A stretch of 64,000 nucleotides of DNA, taken from positions 20,274,001 through 20,338,000 of the forward strand of contig JBHGNT010000008.1 in NCBI GenBank assembly GCA_043228905.1. Direction: 5' to 3'. The position numbers and the translations under genes were made by a program. Each line of letters begins with the position of its first letter. The first letter of the stretch is position 1. Below, in pieces: positions 12,985 to 23,734 of this stretch. The notes under the pieces are model-generated. The model saw nothing but the letters and a program-made list of their open reading frames with translations. It was not told the DNA's origin and did not search any database. Source of the DNA: Azolla caroliniana (taxonomy: Eukaryota > Plantae > Polypodiophyta).

Positions 12985-14759
12985 CATCTCCTCGTTCATT
13001 GCTTCGATCCATCGCGGGTCCGTCGCGGCTTCCGAAAAGGTTTCCGGCTCCCGTACTGTCGCTACCTTCATCATAAAGGCGTAATGGTACGCCATATAAT
13101 CGTTGTAGCCAAATCGGCTTACGAGGTTCTTTTCACGGGTGGATCAGCGGAGTTTTTCATTTGCAGAGATGAGGGCTTTCTTAGCTCCGATTGGTACCTT
13201 GAAACCACTGAACTCACTGTCAAGTGAGTGAGTCGATTCATCGTCGTCGAAGCGATCGTCTTCATATTCCGCCATTTTCACCTTGCCTTTGTCCATCTTC
13301 GGGCTAGGCCGTGATGTGCTTTGATCACTCAAAGGCTCTTGTGGTCCACTCAGTCGGGTCGTGATGGGACTTTCTTCGAACATGCGCGTAAGGTGATCTT
13401 CATCCTCTATCTCTTGTTCGGTGGATTCCGGGTCGAGCGGGGTCGGAGTCGAAGTTGTCTCTGGTGCGTACCAGGATGCAGACTCATCAAAGACGACATC
13501 TCGACTTACCCGAGATGTTCGAGTTGAGGGGTTGTAGCACTTGTACCCCTTTTGCTCCAGTGAGTATCCTACGAGGATACATTTCTCCGACTTTGGGTCG
13601 AGCTTTTGACGCTTCTCGTCGGGGATATGCACATATGCAATAGAGCCGAATATCCGAACATGTGATAGGTTCGGCTTCTTTCCGAAGAATCTTTCGTGCG
13701 GAGTGACCTCGTGCACGCCGGATGTTGTGCACCGGTTCATTAGGTAGACGGCCGTATTTGCCGCTTCGGCCCAATATGACTTGGGCATATGGTTCTCGTT
13801 CATCATGGCCTGCGCTACTTCAAGGATGTGCCGATTTTTGCGCTCGGCTACTCCGTTTTGTTGCGGAGTGTGTCGGCAAGTGAATTCTCACCGAATTCCC
13901 TCCTTTTGGAGATATGTCGTGAAATCGTCCCAGAAGTACTCCTTGCCGCCATCCGATCGAAGGCATCGTACATGTCGGCCCGTGGCTTTCTTGACTTCAT
14001 TCTTGAAATTTTGGAAGTGTCCAAACACTTCGCTCTTTTGCCGCATCGGGTAGATCCAAGTGTGACGTTTATCGGCATTCGCCGAATGTCGTCGTTTAGC
14101 CGGACCCCATACATCGGAATGAATTACGTTGAGTACGCCTTTTGCTCACATTCCGCTCCTTCGGAAATGGGTGTCGGCATTGCTTGCTGAATTGGCACAC
14201 TTCGCATACACCTTCAATCTCCTTCTCTTTGAATGTCGAGAGTTCGATGACCACTCCTTTCGATTTCATTGCTTTGAGTTTGTTGAGATTGATGTGGCCG
14301 ATTCGCTTGTGCCATAGCTTTATGTCGGAGTCGGCTTTCGTGTTTTTCGCGAACATGGCGGATTTCATCTCGCGTGAATCAAGAATGAATATCCAGCCCT
14401 CTCTTCGTCCGCGTGCGATGAGTCGGCCCTCTTTTTCGATGAAGCAACCGCCTTGATTAAATCGAACTTGCATCCCTTGCTCTACAATTTGGCTGACGAA
14501 GACCAAATTCTTCGTAATGGTTGGTACATGCAATACATTTTTAATGTAATTTTGCTTACCTTCTTTTCCGAATGGGACATTGCCGATGTGTTGAATCGGG
14601 TGCGTAGTGTCGTCTCCGGTTTCGACATAGCCGGGTCGGTCCGGCTCCCGAAGTTCTCGGAACCATTCTTGATGCGATGTCATATGGTTCGAGGCACCGG
14701 AATCGACGAACCATACGTCTTCCGAACCGGAGGCACTAGTTGAGGTAGCGACCGACATA

Positions 14760-14795
14760 AACACGTTCACGTTCACAAGTGGAAGGATTGCGCAT
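14760..14795 (+). repeat. Left terminal inverted repeat
   Basis: AACACGTTCACGTTCACAAGTGGAAGGATTGCGCAT. Confidence 0.93.
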
Positions 14796-15805
14796 TCCAC
14801 TTGTAGAATCTTCTTAAAACGAAGCAAATACACCCTCTCTACAAAAATTGGATGCACTAGTATCACATGTTCCTCAACTTGATGAGAATTTGCAAATATA
14901 AAAATACATGATAAATCTACGAGTGGAGATCATTAGAAATCATGCAAGTTTAGACATGTTGATAAGTTAATGTAGGCATAATAAAGTTCAACTATGGCTC
15001 AATATGTCACTATTGTATGACAAGGGAAACACTAACTTAAAGACTTATATTAATTATGTAAGTTTTACAAAAATATCAGGTGTACTTGTATCCATACTAA
15101 TAAAATGAGATATAATTTATACTTTGACCCATACGTGCATGTATGTAATTGTGGAAAATGTAGGATAGTGCACATTAGGATAACTGATTGGAATAACTAA
15201 CTTATTAAAGTATTCAATACTTGTATTTAAAGTTGATCTAATCTATTCCTCAGTTTGTTCATATGGGATCAAACCATATGTTTATAATTGTGGACAATGT
15301 AAGGCAGTGAACTTTAGGATAATGTCGTGGAAATAACAAACCTATTAGGCTTTCATACCTGTATTTAAAATTGATCTACTCTATTGCTTAGGTGATTCAC
15401 ACAAGATCAAACTACGAACGATAACACAACTGGAACCATTATCAACACACTACACAATCTAAGCAGCAATGGAATAGAAACATAATAGTTTTAACAATAG
15501 AAGACAAAGATCCATAATAACAACATGGACAGTCATGGCAACAATTATAGGGCCATGTTCTGTTAAGGTTAGCTTGGACCAAAATCAACCTCCATTTAAA
15601 CTAGTTCATGTTTCTTCATAAGTTTGATAGTCAGCTATGCATGCGGTGAAACCAATGTCATAAATCTACTAATCAAGTATATAAAAATAAAATCGAAACA
15701 TATAGAAGATTATAAAGAATAGAATCCACTAGGTAAAACCCAAAATTTGTATTAATAATGTGAAATCTTAACAAATCCTCAGTGTCATATTCTTCATAGA
15801 GTCTA

Positions 15806-18800
15806 TTACATAGCAATCAATTCATCAACGTCATTTTCTTCATCATCTTGTGTAGAACTGTCTTCGGCTATACGTGCATTGGTTTCCCCTGTTAGCTGAG
15901 CCAACGAAATATCTTCTATAAGCTCATCATCAAGCTCTATTAGCTCCCCCGGTTCGCCGGCTAACGGAGGAATAGGCTCTCGCGAAGCAGGTTGAAACCT
16001 TTCTGTATTGGCGAGGTTCTTTGTACCGACCTCCTCATCCTGGTCTGGGCACTCCCACAAAGCCTTAATCCACATATTAATAAATATAACTTGGTCCTCG
16101 TCCTTCTCCAATGCAACTGTATTTCTAAAAAGCTTCAATGCACATATAGACGTAGTTCCTGTGATGTAAGTAACAAGAAGATTTAGTTGTCAAACGAAAA
16201 AACAGGGATTGGTTATCTCAAGATCGTTACCCTAGTTCGAGGAATACCTGTGCCAGAAAAGAGATCTAATATCCAGTCTCCTTCGACAGAAAACATCTCG
16301 ATCAAGCGCATCATAAGTCGTTGAGGTTTTTGGTATGGGTTGACAAGTCCCCGTTCTGTCGTGGTGACATGTCGCAATTTCCGTGTCACTCCTGGATATA
16401 CCAACAGATTTGAACCTCCCACTTCATTAGAATGCTCTTTGAGTCTCTGTATCTTAATTTCATCGAAGTAGCCAACCGTTATGTATTCAATGGCATTAAC
16501 GAACCGAAAAGTTGGCCCTCTATTTACATTGGTCTTGATCCTATAAAAAATAATACATCGAGTTAAGAATAGATTCAACAACCTTAAGAAATGCAATATA
16601 GTGAAAGACACCTATAAATAATCCTTACCATGCAAGGTTCTCGATGCCATGGCAACGAGATCTCAAAGCTTGAGCTACCGAGTACCCTTGGTCCATACTA
16701 TGAAAGACAACTATTCGCCACAAGGATGCGGTCGTTAGCTCAGCGAAATCCTTGACCATCTTCTCCAATTGTTTAAACCTAAACGGTTCATCGTCATATG
16801 ATGACCCAGCCATTCGAAATCCATAAGGAATATCCGCAATCATTAGCGTATATTCCTTCTTTGGCACCTTCTAGATCAAGTCGATGACATCACCGCAAAC
16901 TACATTGTAGTAAAGATCTCTCGTAATATCTTTTTTGTGGCTAAATTTTTTAAAGGAGCCATCTTCCTCCATTTCGTACGCCTTGACTAAGCGACGATCC
17001 TTTTCTTTTCTGGCTCGCTCGAGATGTGCAAGGAAGGATGTAGGGAAATCGTGTATATCCTTAACTTCTCCTTGTTTCTTGCCTCGACACGGTTTCTAAT
17101 AGAAGCAATAGGACATCAGGTATTATTATACAAGCTCTACATATGATGAAAGGGTAATGAAAAACCACGAATACTAACCCAATCCTTGAATGCAATAAAA
17201 TACTCTGATAACGCCTTATACGAAGACGTTAGAGGATAATCCTCGGTCACTTGTTCCCAAGTTATACATCCAAGTTGTTTCATCATAACTTCTTGGATCT
17301 TCATGTACACCTTATGACTGTAAAATTAGAAATCAAGATTAGAACTTTGAATTACACCAGATAGACTACAATTTCAGTATTTGAAAGACTTACTTATTGA
17401 ACTCAGTGACCATTTCTTCAAGGCTTAAATCTTTCGCCACAACCCTTGACAAAACCGACACAAGAAGTTGCTCATCCTTAATACCTTGCATCGCTCTCCA
17501 TAGAGACAGCTTCATGTCCTCTGCCGCTTCTTCAATTATCAAGTCAATTTTCTTGGCGGCTTGTGACTTTAACTCTAGTTGAGGGTCAACCCTACATTTC
17601 TTTTGTCGTTGAACCTTTACCTCCTTATTCTCCCACATTGAGAAGATTTGATCTTGTAGGTCCCATACTTCTCCATCTCTAAACGCCAATTGAAACCAAG
17701 ACTCATACTTTCGAAGACCATCGGACCTAACATTATCATCTACCACAATGCCGACTTCATGCAGACATTGACGTCGAAGGCCTCGATGTAACTTCACACC
17801 AAACTTTTGTTTCACGTCTAAATACTCGTGGTGGAAGAACCGTATACGCTCAATGGACGACATTTTCTGCCTATAGTCATTATCATTATTATGGTCCCAT
17901 GCCAACAGCTTAGCCTCTTCGGTTGTGAGCCCAACATAAATTTTGCACTCAGCATACTTGAAGAAGAAAGTTGTTGGATGTTCTCTCACAAGTTGCCGAC
18001 GTGCCTCTGCTGAATGCGATCCACCAATGACAAAATAATTATATTGATCATGCTTTCTAATATCAAAATCTTCAATGGTTTCACATTCTTCAGGATCTAC
18101 CATAACAATAAAAGGCACCACAGTGGCATGAGGATTAATTTTCATTTTTTTCTTGAGATTTTGAACATGCATGCGGTGTGGCTCTCTAATCTCAAGTGGT
18201 CGTCGACCTATTTTTTCATCAATAGGGGGCCGATGGATGTGTGTTATAGGCAAATTAAACACTTGCCCTTTCCTGACCAGTTTCCGTTGCATTAACTCTC
18301 TCCTTATCTTATTCTACTCGGATGACAAAACACCCGAGGCCAGCTCAGCTCCTAGCGTCCCCTTATTATCCTCCTCTTCGTTTTCACTTGTTGAATCCGT
18401 ATCCGACATTTTGGTTGTCTTCTTCTTTGGTGGTCTTGACTGGACTTTGGATACCCTTTTTGTGGCCTTCAATGGGGAGGGCACTTCATCTCTTAGAGTT
18501 ACATGGCCTTGTATATAAGGCCTCAAGGTAACAATAAGGTTTTGTGAGCTTTCAAGATCTTTTTTGAACGCTTCTAGCCCACAAGAGTCCTTTACTAAAA
18601 GGTCTTCTGAAAGGAACACTTTACGTACCCCCTTGGAGCACTCTATCATTACCAGTATGTTGGCCGAATCTGCATCTTCGTAGTCAAATCGTAGAATACG
18701 GCCATACATAAATGGGGTTTCCTTTCCAAGCTGCCCCTCACCCTTCTTCTTTGCTGTATACAATACGACTTTTTTCTTTGAGTCGACATATTGCATACAC

Positions 18801-19734
18801 CATTCCTTGTCCGTTAGATCTCGGTCAGGAAGGTCTTCACCTCCAGTAGCGGCGACAAGTTTCTTTTGGCTAACATCACTATGTGGCTAAGATTTTGTCT
18901 CTTCGTTAAAGAGAAGCTTTTTTCCTCTCTTCATGGTCTCAGGAGCTACCTTGGTCTGGGCTTCGATCGGAGAACCTTGTATGCGAAGCTTTATTTTCTT
19001 CACGGGTCGGTCCGACAGGTTCTCAAACGACCTATTTAAGAAAGTATATGCAAAAGCATAAGTTAGGTGGTCACGTAGATTAAGGTTGTATATTAACATG
19101 AAGAACAGTTCTCACTAGCAGTCCTATATTCAAAAATTTATAGGCAGGGCTATTCAACCTAGAAAATATATATCGTAATAAGTAAACAGGGTTATATATT
19201 CTTTTAAATAGTAGGTATGACTTATATAGATTCCAAACCTATATTGAGGAGAATTTGCTATCGTAAAGGCAATTTGTGGATCATTTTCTACTATTTTAAG
19301 CTAAAGTAGGTCATAAAACACCTATAATTAGAGCATGTTTTTTTTAAAAAGTAAGGAAAGTCAACATAAAAAAGACTGATTTTGCCAGACAATTTGATAT
19401 CTTTTCCACACCATAATTATTTGTTACCCCAAAAACACAATTTTTCTCTCTCAGAGCCTTCTTTTATACATGAACTCGATACGGCGTATCAAGTTCCTGT
19501 TTAATGTTTAGGTTTTAAACAAGAACTCGATACACCGTATCGAGTTCCCGTTTAAAAAGCAAAAACAAGTTATGAACTCGATACGCCGTATCAAGTTCAT
19601 GTATAAAGTTTGTATTGTATACATGAACTCGATACGGCGTATCGAGTTCTTGAGCGACGAAACATATTTACAAAAATGTCCACAGTGTCAGAGGCCTACC
19701 TGGAGTCCTCGCGCTCGATTCTCTTTGAAGACAT
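15806..19734 (-). pseudogene. Six-exon gene for a ParB/Srx-like domain fused to a beta-class N6-adenine/N4-cytosine DNA methyltransferase (~974 aa); three in-frame TAG stops
   Basis: Exons 19734-19700, 19031-17394, 17317-17179, 17095-16629, 16540-16248 and 16158-15806. All introns are GT-AG and phase-consistent; total 2,925 nt. MTase motifs in beta order: VCGDVIDLI..LMIADIPYG, LAW|IKTN..EYITVG, YQKPQRLMMRLIEMFS..WILDLFSGTG|TT..ALKLFRNTVALEKD. ParB-like core: PFIVMV..YFVIGGSHSAEARRQL..LTTEEAKLLAWDHN. Stops at 18887-18889, 18314-18316 and 16871-16873. Confidence 0.85.
19472..19649. repeat. Array of four 25-bp palindromes at a 51-bp period in intron 1 of the MTase gene
   Basis: GAACTCGATAC-nnn-GTATCRAGTTC starting at 19472, 19523, 19574 and 19625, separated by non-identical 26-bp AT-rich spacers. 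Confidence 0.92.
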
Positions 19735-19771
19735 GGTTGATTGTGTGGAAGTGGAGGCGAAGATCGCGCTT

Positions 19772-19860
19772 TGGTGCTTTGTGCTCTGTGTGCTTTATGT
19801 GCTTTATGTGCTTTGTGTGCTCTCTACGTTCTGTGTGCTCTGTACGCTCTGTACGCTCTT
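19772..19860. repeat. 9-bp tandem repeat in the presumed 5' UTR of the MTase gene
   Basis: Units such as GTGCTTTAT, GTGCTTTGT and GTACGCTCT. Confidence 0.7.
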
Positions 19861-19886
19861 GTGAGTGAAATATGACGAGGTCTTCC

Positions 19887-19894
19887 TATTTATA
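19887..19894 (-). promoter_or_regulatory. Putative TATA box of the ParB-MTase gene
   Basis: Minus-strand TATAAATA about 150 bp upstream of the ATG at 19734. Confidence 0.5.
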
Positions 19895-20595
19895 GGGATT
19901 GATCACATTGGTTAAAGTAACCATAGTCACCTTAACCAAGGTTGGTAACTTTGAGGATAGTTAGTTGGTAACCATAGTCACATTAACTAGAGTAACTTAT
20001 GATTGTATTAATGATTACAAAGTCAAACTAACATATTGATCAATCTTTTATAGTCATAACAACCTGCAATGACTTCAAAGGTTATGAAGGAGACAATGAT
20101 AGAGGTTCATGAATGTACCAATGATTGATTACTAAAAGCAACAATTTTTATGACTCTCAAATGCTATGTATTAAAGATGTTGGCATGAATTAACCAATGA
20201 TTGATAAGTCTAATATTTAAAATGGTGAGCATTAAAGAACCAATGAGTGAGACGTTCTATATCAAAATGGGTGCCATTAATTAGCCAATGATTTTAACAT
20301 TAATCCAACATATTCATGGCTTGTTAATGATTAGTTTTATATTTTACTTGATTTAACTTCATATAGATCTGGTTTATATAATAATTGATATTTTAAGTAC
20401 AATTACTTTATTAAAAATAATTTTTTGATGTATTGTATTAATAGAATATTACATAATATAGACATTCTATTGATTTGGCTTTTGTTTAGAGAGAAGTTTA
20501 TGTTTAGAGAGGAGTATATGTTTAGAGAGGAGCTTATTAGTTTTTTTCCTTACCCTAAGCACATAACTTAGAGAGCCCTATCTAGACCTTAAGCC

Positions 20596-23376
20596 ATGAG
20601 TGAAGATTCACCGTTCTCGATTGAAGAATATTGTTTGTCATCAGACCCATCGTTTTCTACTGAAGAGTATTGTTTGTCAACAGAGTCACCATATTCGATT
20701 GAAGAATATTGTCTGGCGACCGACTCACCATATTCTATCGAAGAATATTGTCTGAGCTCATCTACAGGGAACGTAAATAATGACACATGTGAAGAGTTCT
20801 CTATTGAAGAATACGATATTAATAAAGATACCGAGAATGAAGGTAGTACCCAGGAAACATTGAATAACATTGGCGATGGTCACAACAGAGAATTAGACTG
20901 TAACAAGGTTACACAAACCTCTATGAAGGAAGAGAAATCTAGGAGCCCTATGCATATTAGAAGAATCCCACGAAGAATTCATCTGGCTAGATTTAGCTTG
21001 GTGACATCAGATAAACAGATTGGATTTCATGTCAAAAAAATATGTTGTGCCCGTGGTTGTATGTCTATGATTGGAAAATCAAAGTTGCGAGAATTAAGGC
21101 GATACTATTTTTCGATGACCGGTGATGAGCAAGACACTTACCTCGGGTCACATATGCAACTAGTATCTGACAAATGTACGGGGATCAAAGTATCATTCGA
21201 GTATTATATCTTCCATGCGCAATAGATATGTAGAGTTGCATTCAAAATTGCGTTATGTGTTAGTAACATGCGGCTACATAGAGTACAACAACATCTACTT
21301 AGCGGGGATCAGATGCTCAATTGTAAAGAGGTTCCAAGTATGAAAGGTGCAATTGGAAGACATGCTATTGACTGGATGAAAACTTACTTTCAGTTAAATT
21401 GTGAAGTAATGCCCACTACAGGTAGGATGCATCTTTCTGATAATTATACACGTCGGGAAGTTTATGATGTCTATCGATCTGATATGCTGGGCTCACGTAA
21501 TAAGTCTATCACCTATAGCCAATTCACAAGATTATGGAGAGCTCGGTTTTCAAATGTTATTATTCCTCGTAAAGTACGTATGGGGTATTGCTCCATTTGT
21601 GCAAATCTTAAAAGTTTGGCTAAAGGTGCAAAGACATCAATGGAAAAGGATACGAGTAAGAAGTTACTACAAGAGCATCGTGAGGCACAATCCTTAGAAC
21701 GAAAGAAGGCGATGCATCATAGAGAGAAGTGTTTGAAGAGGCCCGAACAATACATGTGCTTAATGTTAGATGGCATGGACCAGAAGAAGACATGCTTGCC
21801 GCATATGCGGAGGCTCCCCAAAGATGTCAATGATGATTGCCTTGTTCAAATGCACTTGGTGGGATGCTTGGCTTATAATAGGTCTGTTCGACCTCATGTC
21901 TTCATTACTTACCCCAATGTTCACAATGACCCTACCCTAACAGTTACAGTGATTCACCGAGTTTTGATGTCTTGGGGCCAACCTTTCCCCCCTGTTCTAT
22001 ACATTCAATTGGACAATACTGCTAGAGAGAACAAAAATTCAACTGTATTTGGCTATCTAAGTATGTTGGTCAACCTAGAATTGTTTAGGAAAGTGAAAGT
22101 CAATTTCCTTTTGGTTGGCCACACACATGACCATATAGATCAGATGTTTAGCACATTCTCCAGACAGTTGTCTCGGCATGATGCTTTCACTTTACCTAAA
22201 CTATTTGATGTCATTTGTGATGCTTATACACCACGCCCAAAAGTGTTACACTTGAAGGAGGTATATGACTTTAAGAGATATATATTAGATGGGGGTGGTG
22301 GGAATGTTAAAGTGCTTGCTCAGTTAAACAATATAAGTTTCAATCACATTTTTATGACAAAGAAAAATGGAATAAGTGGTTCTACACTTTTGTATGCTAA
22401 ACAATATTCATCTTCTACAACATGGGAACCTGAAGGTGGTTGCCAGTTATTACTTTGTATGCCGAGTACAATTGTCCATGGAGCTAAGCAAATGCCAATT
22501 GAAAAGAAAGGACAGTTGCAGAGCGACTTGGTATCAGAACAAAAACGGTCACGGCTCCAAGCCTTAGAAGAAAAAAGAAAGCATATTGAGGCCGCCAAGA
22601 AATATGCCGCACAACAAGACACGTCATGGTGGGATGTATTTTATAGTGATCAGAAAGAAATTATAGACAATTGTGTATCTGTTGATAATTGGAATTTGGA
22701 AACGCCATTCACATGGTCGCTGCAACATGATCGCGTAAATAGAACTCCGGAGAAACTAGTAAATGCGATTAATGACAGCTTGGTCCATCCACAACAAAGA
22801 GACATTTATGTGGGACCAAGGATGACCAAAGCAGCCAAAGCTAGATGGCAAGGAAATTTGCAAGAGCTCACCGTGGGGATGTTGATTACAACGCCGACTG
22901 ATGAGAACTCACATGGCCACCAATTTTGGGTTGGTAAAATTCTAGAAGTGCTAATGCATGAAATAGAAAACACGATCAAGTCTATAAATGTTCATTGGTA
23001 CAACACTAGCAGTGCAAATGCTTTTACAGGTAAGTATACATTGGAGATGATTGAATGCCCAACAAGAAGGGGAGGTAGGAAGAGGAAGTAAAACATTCAT
23101 AACACCTCGACCCTTGATATCTCTGATGTGGATATCATCGTGTACGACTTCACACTTACAAAAGCCGGACGATTAAGGAAGTCAACAATAGATATAATAA
23201 AAGAAAAATTACCAGGTCTACAAGGTGGCTCGAGTCAAAGGCAAACGAGATCTGCTACATATAATCTAGAGTCAAACCATTTGGTTTATGACGAAGATAA
23301 TGCATCGATTGGTACATCTGAGGATGATGAGGAGGAATCGTCATTGTATATTAGTTATAGTAGTGATTCTCCGTAA
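20596..23376 (+). pseudogene. Sola-like DDD transposase (~926 codons, intronless) with two in-frame stops
   Basis: ORFs 20596-21225, 21268-23091 and 23128-23376 share one frame (TAG 21223-21225, TAA 23089-23091). Candidate catalytic motifs LMLDGMDQ, YIQLDNTARENKN and FLLVGHTHDHIDQMFS. Cys/His motifs CCARGC and CSIC..H. Superfamily assignment rests on these motifs plus the 4-bp TSD. Confidence 0.8.
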
Positions 23377-23698
23377 AGGAGTGATCATGAATGTATATTT
23401 GGCTATTAAGTGTAACTACATTCCGCTTGTAACAAATCGAGTAATATAAAAGCATGTGTTTTGAATTCTTATGATTTCTAAAAAATCGTTTCTTATAAAA
23501 TAACATTGATTGTAAAGTTTGTGATATAAACTGAGAATGTATCTTTTTGAAATTCGTCTTTTTTTAGTTACTTCTAAATCACGAAAATAGTGGATTTTTA
23601 ACCTTTTTCATAGTATGTTTGAACATGTATGATACTGGTATCAATGTGTTTTGTAAAATCATTGAAAAACCCCTAAAATTTCCCTTATCCTTCCATTT

Positions 23699-23734
23699 AT
23701 GCGCGATCCTTCCACTTGTGAACGCGAACGTGTT
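23699..23734 (-). repeat. Right terminal inverted repeat
   Basis: Reverse complement is AACACGTTCGCGTTCACAAGTGGAAGGATCGCGCAT. Both mismatches against the left TIR are CpG transitions. Confidence 0.93.

Larger units (their letters stand above)
14760..23734 (+). mobile_element. Complete Sola-like cut-and-paste DNA transposon (8,975 bp) with cargo gene
   Basis: 36-bp TIRs at 14760-14795 and 23699-23734 (34/36 match). 4-bp TSD CATA at 14756-14759 and 23735-23738. Removing the element restores the copia gag/protease sequence seen intact in sister copies (58431-58450). Encodes a DDD transposase. Confidence 0.9.

Noticed and set aside
15146-15410. Diverged ~138-bp tandem duplication in the left arm of the transposon
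   Set aside because: Only two degenerate copies are present, with no evident function.
19472-19649. CRISPR array interpretation of the palindrome/spacer array
   Set aside because: It has only four repeats, no cas genes, and sits in a eukaryotic intron. The spacers are short, AT-rich and partly extend the palindrome.
15806-19734. Bacterial contamination or a prophage as the source of the MTase
   Set aside because: The gene has spliceosomal introns and lies within TIRs and a TSD inside a plant retrotransposon.
16871-21225. Programmed TAG read-through or RNA editing of the in-frame stops
   Set aside because: The same kind of stop peppers all neighbouring retroelements, so 5mC deamination is the simpler explanation.
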